Positions 1 to 9,562 of a DNA stretch of 64,000 nt are shown in pieces (positions within the stretch are counted from its first letter, which is position 1; every line of letters starts with the position of its first letter). Source of the DNA: Heterodontus francisci (taxonomy: Eukaryota); contig NC_090388.1 in NCBI RefSeq assembly GCF_036365525.1, positions 62,769,726 to 62,833,725 of the forward strand, read 5' to 3'. A program made the position numbers and the translations under genes. A model generated the notes under the pieces. It was not told the origin of the DNA, searched no databases, and saw nothing but the letters and a program-made list of their open reading frames with translations.

Positions 1-868
1 GGGCAGACAAGGCAGCAAAAAGGGCGGCGGCAATGAAACCCCCAGTAGTAATAGCAGCATGCATCATAGATCCAGAGGAAGTAACCATGCAAACACTCCA
101 TGAGGAAACCTCGGGAGGAGAAAAAGGAGAGTGGGAGCATGCTGGGGCAAGCCTCGACACAGGAGCAGTATGGAGGAAGGAAGGCAGAGTAGTTGCGCGT
201 GGATGGAACGTTGCTGGTGATGGCCTGGGATGGAAGGGATATAGTGAAACACTGCCAGCAGTGTATCATCTGTGCTCAGTTTAATGTGGGGAAGGCAGTG
301 AAGATAAAGTTATCCCAACAGCCCTGACCTAAGGGACTATGGGAACACTTGCAGATAGATTTTACAGGGCCCTGATGTCCGAGCAGAGGTAAGACATACT
401 GCCTGATAGTGGACCACTTCATCCAGTGGGTGGAAGCATTTGTCACACGGGACTGTTTGGCGAATACTGTGGCCAGAATTCTGGCTGCGGAAATCATCCC
501 GCGGTGGGGTATACCAAGACAACTCGATTCTGACCAAGGGACACGTTTTACAGGGAAGGTAATTAAATAGGCTTGTACCTTGTTGGGCATAAAACAATGT
601 TTCCACATCTCATATCATCCACAAAGTTCAGGAATGATAGAAAGAATGAATAGGACCCTTAAAATATCGCTCTCTAAGGCAATCACTGAGACCGGGAGCG
701 ATGGACAGATCTATTGCCCAGCATTCTGATGAGGTTGCAAGCCACCCCTAACCAGATGGCAGGACTGACCCCATTTGAGCTTAAGACTGGGAGAGCTATG
801 AGACTCCAGATGACATTTGTGCAGGTAACGAGGATGCAGGACCAGCAAAAGACCGAGTGAAGAGATTT

Positions 869-1896
869 AAAAACAAGAAATGCTGGAAATACTCAGCAGG
901 TCTGGCAGCATCTGTGGAGCGAGAAGCAGAGTTAACATTTCAGGTCAGTGACCCTTCATCAAAACTGACAAATATTAGAAATGTAAAAGGTTTTAAGCAA
1001 GTTAAGCGGGGGAGGGGCAAGAGATAACAAAAAACGTGTTGATAGGACAAGGTCACAGAGAATAACTGACCAGAAGGTCATGGAACAAAGGCAAACAGTA
1101 TGTTAATGGTGTGGTGAAAGACAAAGCATTAGTACAGAGAGGGTGTCAATTCACTGTAAAATGAACAGCCCTGGCTCCAAGCGCAAACATAAAAAAAAAC
1201 AGTGGGTAGCACAGTAGAAACAAACTAAACAAACTAAAATAAAATAAACAAAAGAAAAAAGAAAAAATAACTAAAAATAAAAAGGGGGGCCCATCATGCT
1301 CTGAAATTATTGAATTCAATGTTCAGTCCGGCAGGCTGTAGCGTGCCTAATCAGTAAATGAGATGCTGTTCCCCGAGCTTGCGTTGATGTTCACTGGAAC
1401 ACTGCAGCAATCCCAGGACAGAGATGTGAGCATGAGGGTGGGGGGGGGGGAGTGTTGAAATGGCCAGCAACCGGAAGCTCGGGGTCATGCTTACGGGCTG
1501 AAGGGAGGTGTTCCACAAAGCACTCAATCTGCGTTTGGTCTCCCCAATGTGGAGGAGACCACATTGTGAGCAGCGAATACAGTATACTAAATTGAAAGAA
1601 ATACAAGTAAATCGCTGCTTCACCTGAAAGGAGTGTTTGGGGCCTTGGATAGTGAGGAGAGAGGAGGTAAATGGGCAGGTATTACACCTCCTGCGATTGC
1701 AGGGGAAGGGGACGAGGTGGTGGGGGTAATGGAGGAGTGGACGAGGGTGTCGCGGAGGAAATGATCCCTTCGGAATGCTGACAGGGGAGGGGAGGGGAAG
1801 ATGCGTTTGGCAGTGGCATCACGTTGGATGTGGCGGAAATGGCGGAGGATGATCCTTTGGATGTGGAGTCTGGTGGGGTGGAAAGTGAGGACAAGG
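869..1896 (-). mobile_element. Penelope-like retroelement, 5'-truncated (RT C-terminus, GIY-YIG endonuclease, 3' terminal region)
   Basis: ORFs 1620..1922 (LVLTFHP...FPSPPLSAFRRD) and 1351..1623 (NLVYCIRCSQCGLLHIGETKRRL, GIY-YIG type). Perfect 14-bp TSD GAGTGAAGAGATTT at 855-868 and 1897-1910. Confidence 0.92.
930..966 (-). ncRNA. Vestigial minimal hammerhead ribozyme of the Penelope terminal repeat
   Basis: The minus strand reads AGTT-TTGATGA-AGGGTCACTGACCT-GAAA-TGTT-AACT. This gives stem I AGTT/AACT, a (C>T)TGATGA core, stem II GGTC/GACC and a GAAA box. Confidence 0.6.
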
Positions 1897-2746
1897 GAGT
1901 GAAGAGATTTGTTAGGGAACACTGTAAACAGTTACACAGCTTGAGACAGGAAGCACAGATCAACAGATTATGAAGGATATGGAAGTTGAGGCAGCAAGAA
2001 AGAAGGCAAAAGGTGCCCAGTGTAGGAGATCTGGTCATGGTAAAGGCACTGTCCAGAAAACCAGGTTGGGCACCATAAGGTCCACAAATTGTGTGCCCAA
2101 CTAAAAGAAATATTAAAAAAGGAATGAGGAGTCCATGCTGGACAACTCCATATGGACCCAGGAGCTGACCCAGACAGCACAGGCCTTGGTAACTGTATTA
2201 GAGAGTCAAACACGGACCATTAACGACTTAATTAATGAAGGCCACAACACCTCACGGAAGGTGGCCCAAAATGATGTCTGCAATACTTATGGGTCGTGGG
2301 TGCTTGAACAGACATGGGAAAACCTGAGGCAAATAAAGGAGGGAGAAGTACCCATGAGGATTACAAATAAACAGTTGACCAACCTGTCTAGAAAGGCAGG
2401 GTCAAACATAACCGGATACCGGCTCAGGGGTCTAATACGTGTGTATTCAACAAATACGGAACGTGTTATGAGATATGGGGAATGTTGCTCGGCATGGTCT
2501 TGGCAATCCCTGTCTTGACAGAATTAACACCAGGAAGTACCTTGTACAGAGCAGAGAATATAGGAGTAATTAGAGGAAATTATTATGTGAGACACCGTGA
2601 TGTGTCATCATTTGCAGCAAGAAAGAGGGGAACATGGTAAGTACCACTTTAGATGGATGCAGTATCGGGTTCTCCACAGTAGTGTGTCCCCATCCAGTAT
2701 ACGAGATGGAAGAGGCCAGGTGTGGGTTTAAGGCAGCAGCTAACTG

Positions 2747-4503
2747 TCTGTCTTCACAAAAGAGGGGGACAATGCAGATATTGTAGTTAAGGAGGAAAAG
2801 TGTGAAGTATTGGATGTGATAAACATAGGGAGAGAGGAAGTATTAATGGGATTAGCATCCTCGAAAGTTGATAAATCACCAAGGCCAGGTGAAATGTATC
2901 CTAGGCTGTTAAAAGAAGCAAGAGAGGAAATAGAAGGTCTGACCATCATTCTCCAGTCCTCAATGCATATAGGTGTGGTGCCGGAGGATTGGAGAATTGC
3001 TAACATTGTACCTCTGTTTAAAAAGGAAGCGAGGAATAGACCGAATAATTACAGGCCAGTCAGTCTAACCTCAGGAGTGGGCAAATTGTTGGAATTTATT
3101 CTGAGAGACAGGATAAACTGTCACTTAGAAAGGCACAGGTTAATCAAGGAAGTGGATTTGTTAAGGGAAGATCTTATTTGACCAACTTGATCGAATTTCT
3201 TGAAGAAGTAACAAGGAAGATACATGAGAGTAGTGCAGTTGATGTGGTCTACATGGATTTAAGCAAGGCTTTTGACAAGGTCCCACATTGCAGACTGGTT
3301 AAAAAAAATCCCATCGGATCCAGGGAAATGCATCAAAGTGGATGCAAAATTGGCTCAGTGGCAGGAAACAAAGGGTAATTGTTGGCTGCTGTTTTAGCGA
3401 CTGGAGGGCTGTTTCCAGTGGCGTTGCGCAGGGCTCAGTACTGGGACCCCTGCTTTTTGTGGTGTATATTAACGATTTGGACGTAAATGTAAGGGGCATG
3501 ATCAAGACGTTTGCGGACGACACTAAGATTGGCCGTGTGGTAGATAGCGAGGAGGATAGTTGTAGGCTACAGGAAGATATTGATGGTCTGGTTAGATGGG
3601 CAGAAAAGTGGCAAATGGAATTCAACTTGGAGAAGTGTGAGGTGATACATTTGGAGAGGTCAGACAAGGCAAAGGAATACACTATTAATGGCAAAATACT
3701 GAGAAGTGTACAGGAAGTAAGGGCCTTGGAGTGAATTTCCACAGATCCCGGAAGGTAGCAGGACAGGTTGATAAGGTGGTTAAGAAGGCATATGTAATCC
3801 TTTCCTTTATTAGTTGAGATATAGAATACAAGACCACCTCCAGGCGCGTATCCATTGTCTCTCGAGATAAGGAGGCCCAAAAGAAAGAAGAATACAAGAG
3901 CAGGGAGGTTATGCTGGAAATGTATAACTCATTGGTTAGGCCACAACTTGAGTACTCTGTGCAGTTCTGGTCACCTCATTACATAAACGATGTAATTGCA
4001 CTAGAGAGGGTACAGAGGAGATTTACAAGGATGTTGCCAGGACTGGGAAAATGCAGCAATGAGGAAAGATTGGATAGGCTGGGGTTGTTCTCCTTGGAAG
4101 AGAGAAGGCTGAGGGAAGATCTGATTAAAATGTACAAAATTTTGAGGGGCCTGGATAGAGTGGAGGTGAAGGGTCTATTCACCTCAGCAGAGAGGTCAGT
4201 AACGAGGGGGCATAGATTTAAAGTGATTGGTAGAAAAATTAGAGGGGAGATGAGGAAAAACTTTTTCACCCAGAGGGTGGTGATGGTCTGGAACTCACTG
4301 CCTGAAAGGGTAGTTGAGGCAGAGACCCTCAACTCATTCAAAAGGAGTCTGGATATGCACCTCAAGTGCCGTAAGCTGCAGGGCTATGGACCAAATGCTG
4401 GAAGGTGGGATGAGAATAGGTGGATCATTTTTCAGCCGGCACAGACATGATGGGCCAAGTGGCCTTTTTCTATGCCTTAAACCTTCGATGATTTCTATGA
4501 TTT
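2747..4503 (+). mobile_element. CR1 LINE, 5'-truncated (RT and 3' UTR), inserted in env
   Basis: ORFs 2810..3181, 3342..3734 (QGSVLGP, FADD) and 3911..4450. TTCTATGA-type tail at about 4485-4503. TCTG microhomology at both junctions restores the env frame. Confidence 0.95.
3834..3888 (+). mobile_element. 55-bp 3' tip of an RTE LINE inserted in CR1
   Basis: Matches the reverse complement of about 45400-45448, the RTE 3' end. 11-bp TSD AGAATACAAGA at 3823-3833 and 3889-3899. Confidence 0.9.
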
Positions 4504-4982
4504 TCTGGTGGAAACCATATGGACCACCATGGAACCAACACGTGTAGCATAACTGAGCGAAGGGATATACAGTATCACCACATCACACCAGGAAAAGCTC
4601 CACGGGAATCGCTTATGTCCATTGACCAATCATACAGTATGCTTGCACCCGCAGGTGCCAGCCCAGATGGGGAGGGTGAAACTGGTGGACATTCATAGAC
4701 GGGAAACGGTTTACACCACAGGTTAAAGAAGATATCAGGGATAACTTGACATAACATATTCATCAGCTCTCCGACTCAATACCCCCTCTACCCGAGCACC
4801 TTCGTGCATTACGGATAGGACTTGAGAAGATGCACAAGGTGTACTACACCTTACAGCAGAAGAACTAGGACATAGAGCAGATAGAAGATACTCCCTGGTG
4901 GGAGCACCTCTGGAATTGGGGTCTCAACATGAAGATTCACCTGTGGACCAGAATTATTTCCCACGATTTAGTAGTTGCCCAG

Positions 4983-5165
4983 TTTTTTAAATTCATTCAT
5001 GGGATGTGGACGTCGGTGGCTAGGCCAGCATTTATTGCCCATCCCTAATTGCCCTTGAGAAGGTGATGGTGAGCTTCCTTCTTGAACCCCTGCAGTCCAT
5101 GTGGGGTAGGTACACCCACAGTGCTGTTAGGAAGGGAGTTCCAGGATTTTGACCCAACAAGGGTC
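4983..5165 (-). mobile_element. 3' tip of the tRNA-headed LINE family, inserted in the env TM helix
   Basis: Reverse complement matches about 9390-9562 (AAGGGCAATTAGGGATGGGCAATAAATGCT...ATCCCATGAA). Confidence 0.88.
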
Positions 5166-5318
5166 AAGTTGGTAATGCTGTTGTACCTGACATGCCTTAT
5201 GAGTAGCCTGATGAGGCAGCGAAAAGCCCCAGCACTTGCCAAAAACCTGGGGAATGCGAAAGAGGAACTTCTAAAGGAGGGGGACACCTGGGGAGGACGC
5301 TCGGAGGGGCGGGGGCAG

Positions 5319-5807
5319 TGTTGGAAGGGTAATAATTTAATATAGGGAATTAATCCCAGGTCCGAGCCTAGGCCAGAAGGACTTAGGTAAGGCTGTAAGA
5401 GGACGGTAAGTAAGAATCCAAAGCTTGTCGAGGCCGGTAGGATCCTCGGATTGTTTGATAGGCAGAAGATTCAGGGGCAATGGCCACCTGGGCCAGATGG
5501 TGTCTGACCAGGTGCCAAGAGGGGGGACTGATGTCGGGGAAGGAACAGAGAGTCATGTGAAATGATATAATTAAGAAAGGATGAGATGAGGGGAAGGAAC
5601 AGACAGCCATGTGGAAATGTGACATGCCCGCTCAAGCTTTGTAACAGTATAAATTGTCAGTCCGATATCGTATCAGCAGAGTCACAGTTTGCATTTGCAA
5701 GGGTGACTCTCCCTGCATATGGTGGAATAAAAAGAACTGTTTGTATCGACATCCAACTCTCAAAGTGATCATTTAAAGGGAAACCTGGAGGGACATTTCC
5801 CCTAACA
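5319..5807 (+). repeat. 3' LTR of the ERV (about 489 bp)
   Basis: Starts TGTTGG right after the purine tract GGAGGGGCGGGGGCAG (5303-5318) and ends CTAACA. TATAAA at 5648-5653 and AATAAA at 5726-5731. LINE sequence begins at 5808. Confidence 0.8.
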
Positions 5808-6380
5808 GAGTCATACCTAGCGCAAAGGAAGATAGCTGTGGTTGTTGGAGGCCAACCATCTCAGAACCAGGACACTGCAGGAGTTCCTCAGGATAGTATC
5901 CAAGGCTCAACCATCTTCAGCTGCTTCATCTCCATCATAAGGCCAGAAGTGGAGATGTTTGCTGATGATTGCACAGTGTTCAGTCCCATTTGCAACTACT
6001 CAGATACTGAAGTGGTTTGTGCCCATATGCAGCAGGACCTGAACAACATTCAGGCATGGGCTGATAAATGACAAGAAACATTTGTGCCACACAAGTGCCA
6101 GGCAATGATGATCTACAACAAGAAAGAATCTAATCACCTCCACTTGACGTTAAACACCATTACCATCGCTGAATCCCGCTCTGTCAACATCCTGGGGGTC
6201 ACCATTAACCAGAAGTTTAATTGGACCAGCTACAAAAATGCTGTGGCTACAAGAGCAGGTCAGAGGCTGGGAATTCTGCAGTGAGTAATTCAACTCCTGA
6301 CTCCCCAAAGCCTTTCCACCATCAAAAATGCACAAGTCAGGAGTATGATGGAATACTCCCCACTTGCCTGGCTGAACAAG

Positions 6381-9300
6381 GGGTGGTGGTGGCGTAGTGG
6401 TATTGTCACTGGACTAGTGACCCAGAGACCCAGGGTACTGCTCTGGGGACATAGCTTTGAATCCCACCACAGCAGAAGGGAGAATTTGAATTTAATCTGG
6501 AATTAAAACTAGTCTAATGATGGCCATGAAACCATTGTCGATTGTCGTAAAAACCCATCTGATTCACTAATGTCCTTGAGGGATGGAAATCTGCTGTCGG
6601 TCTGGCTACATGTGACTCCAGACCCACAACAATGTGGTTGACTCTTACATGCCCTCTGAGATGGCCTAGCAAGCCACTCAGTTGTATCAAACTGCAACAA
6701 AGTCAATAAGGATTGAAACTGGACAGACCACCCAGCATTGACCTAGGCACTGACAATGGCAAACCCAGCACTGTTGACCCTGCAAAGTCCTGCTTACTAA
6801 CATCTGGGGGCTTGTGCCGAAGTTGGGAGAGCTGTCCCACAAACTAGTCAAGCAGCAGCCTGACATAGTCATACTCACTGAATCATACCTTACAGATAAT
6901 GTCCCAGACATCGCCATCACCATCACCATCCCTGGGTATGTCCTGACAGACCCAGCAGAGGTGACGGCACAGTGATATACAGTCGGGAGGGAGTTCCCCT
7001 GGGAGTCCTCAACATTGACTCCAGACCCCGTGAAGTCTCACAGCATCAGGTCAAACCTGGGCAAGGAAACCTCCTGCTGATTACCACCTACTGCTGATGA
7101 ATCAATACTGCTCCATGTTGAACACCACTTGGAGGAAGCACTGAGGGTGGCAAGGCCACAGAATGTACTCTGGGTGGCAGACTTCACTGGTCGAGTCCTA
7201 AAGGGCATGGCTGCTAGACTGGATGTGTGGCAGGTGGTGAGGGAACCAACAAGAGGGAAAAACATACTTGACCTCGTCCTCACCAATCTGCTTGTCACAG
7301 ATGCATTTGTCCATGACAGAATTGGTAGGAGTGACCACTGTACAGTCCTTGCGGAGATGAAGTCCCGCCTTCACATTGAGGATACCCTCCATTGTGTTGT
7401 GTGGCACTACCACCGTGCTAAATGGTATAGATTTCAAACAGATCGAACAACGCAAAATTGGGCATCCATGAGGCACTGTGGGCTATCAGCAGCAGAATTG
7501 TACTCAACCACAATCTGTAACCTCATGGCCCAGCATATCCACCACTCTACCATGACCATCAAGCCAGGGGACCAACCCTTGTTCAATGAAAAGTGCAGGA
7601 GAGAATGCCAGGAGCAGCAGCAGGCATACCTCAAAATGATGTGTCAACCTGGTGAAGCTACAACACGGGAGTATCTGTGTGCCAAATAACATTGGCAGCA
7701 TGCGATAGACAGAGCTAAATGATCCCGCGGCCAACGGATCAGATCTAAGCTCTGCTGTCATATCCAGTTGTGAATGATGATGAGCAATTAAACAATTACC
7801 TGGAGGAGTTGGCTCCACAAATATCCCCATCCTTAACGATGGGGGAGCCCAGCACATCAGTGCAAAAGATAAGGCCGAAGCATTTCCAACAATCTTCAGC
7901 CAGAAGTGCCGAGTGGATGATCCATCTTGCCTCCTCCTGAAGTCCCCAGCACCACAGATGTCAGTATTCAGCCAATTCGATTCACTCCACCTGATATCAT
8001 AAATGACTGAAGGCACAGATACTGCAAAGTCTATGGGGCTTGACAACATTCTGGCAATAGTACTGAAGACCTGTGCTCCAGATCTTGCCGCACCCCTAGT
8101 CAAGCTGCTCCAGTACAGCTACAACACGAGTATCTACCCAGCAATGTGGAAAATTGCCCAGGTATGTCCTGTCCACAAAAAGCAGGACAAATCCAACCCA
8201 GCCAATTATCGCCCCATCAGTCTACTCTCGATCATCAGTAAAGTGATGGAAGGTGTCGTCGACAGTGCTGTCAAGTGGCACTTGCTCAGCAATACCCTGC
8301 TCAGTGACGCTCAGTTTGGGGTCCGCCAGGGCAACTCAGCTCCTGACCTCATTACAGCCTTAATTCAAACATGGACAAAAAAGCTTTATGCAAGAGGTGA
8401 GGTAAGAGTGACTGCCCTTGACATTAAGGCAGCCTTTGACTGAGTATGGCATCAAGGAGTCCTAGCAAAACTGGAGTCAATGTATCAAGGGGAAACTCTG
8501 CACTGGTTGGAGTCTTACCTAGCGCAAAGGAAGATGGTTGTGGTTGTTAGAGGGCAATCATCTCAGCTCCAGGACATGACTGCAGGAGTTCTTCAGGGTG
8601 GTATCCTAGGCTCAACCATCTTCAGCTGCTTCATCAACGACCTTCCTTTAATCATAAGGTCAGAAGTGGGGATGTTTGCTGACGATTGCATCAGGTTCAG
8701 CACCATTCGCAACTCCTGAAGCAGTCCGTGTAGAAATGCAGCAAGACCCGGACAATATCCAGGCTTGGGCTCATAAGTGGCAAGTAACATTCATGCCACA
8801 CAAGTGCCAGGCAATGACTATCTCAAACAAAAGAGAATCGACCAACTCCCTTGACATTCAGTGGCACTACGATCGCTGAATTCCCCCACTATCATCATCC
8901 TGGGGGTTATCATTGGCTAGAAACTGAACTGGACCAGCCATATAAATACCATGGTTACAAGAGCAGGTCAGAGGCTAGGAATCCTGCAATGAGTAACTCA
9001 CTTCTTGACTCCCCAAAGCCTGAACACCATCTACAAGGCACAAGTCAGGGGTGTGATGGAATACTCTCCACTTGCCTGGATGGGTGCAGTCCAACAACAC
9101 TCAAGAAGCTCAACATCATCCAGGACAAAGCAGCCCACTTGATTGGCATCCCATTCACAAACATTCACTCCCTCCACCACCGACACACAGTGGCAGCAGT
9201 GTGTACCATATACAAGATGCACTGCAGCAACGCACCAAGGCTGCTTAGACAGCACCTTCCAAACCAGTGACCTCTGCCACCTAAAAGGACAAGGGCAGCA

Positions 9301-9562
9301 GATGCATAGCAACACCACAATCTGCAAGTTCCCCTCCAAACCACACACCATTCTGATTTGCAATAATATTGCCGTTCCTTCACTGTCGCTGGGTCAAAAT
9401 CCTGGAACTCCCTTCCTATCAGCACTATTGGTGTACCTACCCCACATGGACAGCAGCGGTTCAAGAAGGTGGCTCACCACCGCCTTCTCAAGGGCAATTA
9501 GGGATGGGCAATAAATGCTGTCCTAGCCAGCAATGCCCACATCCCATGAACAAATAAAAAAA
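6381..9562 (+). mobile_element. Near-full-length ORF1-less LINE (APE endonuclease and RT) with a tRNA-like 5' head
   Basis: EN start KVLLTNIWGLVPKLGEL...PDIVILTESYL at about 6785. EPTRGKNILDLVL...SDH in ORF 7129..7689. NYRPISLLS and LDIKAAFD in ORF 8003..8443, FADD in 8480..8719. A-rich tail at about 9550-9562. Confidence 0.88.
6385..6472 (+). promoter_or_regulatory. tRNA-derived internal Pol III promoter (box A and box B) at the LINE 5' end
   Basis: Box A TGGCGTAGTGG at 6390-6400 and box-B-like GCTTTGAATCC at 6454-6464, with a CCCAGAG...CTCTGGG hairpin between them. Confidence 0.7.

Larger units (their letters stand above)
1..2095 (+). pseudogene. pol: Retroviral pol remnant (RNase H C-terminus and integrase), split by a Penelope insertion at 869-1896
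   Basis: The DDE core (IDF...SDQG...IER) lies at about 350-660 with in-frame stops. The C-terminal part VPSVGDLVMVKALSRKPGWAP*GPQIV resumes after 1910. Confidence 0.88.
2100..5345 (+). pseudogene. env: Retroviral env remnant (fusion/TM subunit), foamy- or F-protein-like, in three pieces: about 2100-2750, 4508-4982 and 5169-5345
   Basis: Lies between integrase and the PPT. Order of features: helical segment TQTAQALVTVLESQTRTINDL, then LAIPV..ENIG, LDGC..VVCP..CG..NCLV..EP..V..L..G.Y, a Trp-rich PWWEHLWNWG, and a hydrophobic IISHDLVVAQ/LVMLLYLTCLMSSLM followed by RQRK. Confidence 0.75.
1..5807 (+). mobile_element. Endogenous retrovirus, 3' half (RNase H end, integrase, env remnant, PPT, 3' LTR), decayed and interrupted by insertions
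   Basis: Manual translation gives the RNase H end ADKAAKRAA and integrase motifs HCQQCIICAQ, LQIDFTGP, WVEAF, EIIPRWGIPRQLDSDQG and YHPQSSGMIERMNRTLK. An env-like frame with a TM helix follows, then a purine tract and a TG...CA LTR. Confidence 0.9.

Noticed and set aside
300-700. Domesticated integrase gene (NYNRIN/GIN-like)
   Set aside because: It has in-frame stops and a proviral context with env, PPT and LTR.
6385-6472. Possible genuine tRNA gene
   Set aside because: Box B is degenerate, there is no convincing cloverleaf or terminator, and it is contiguous with retroposon UTR sequence.
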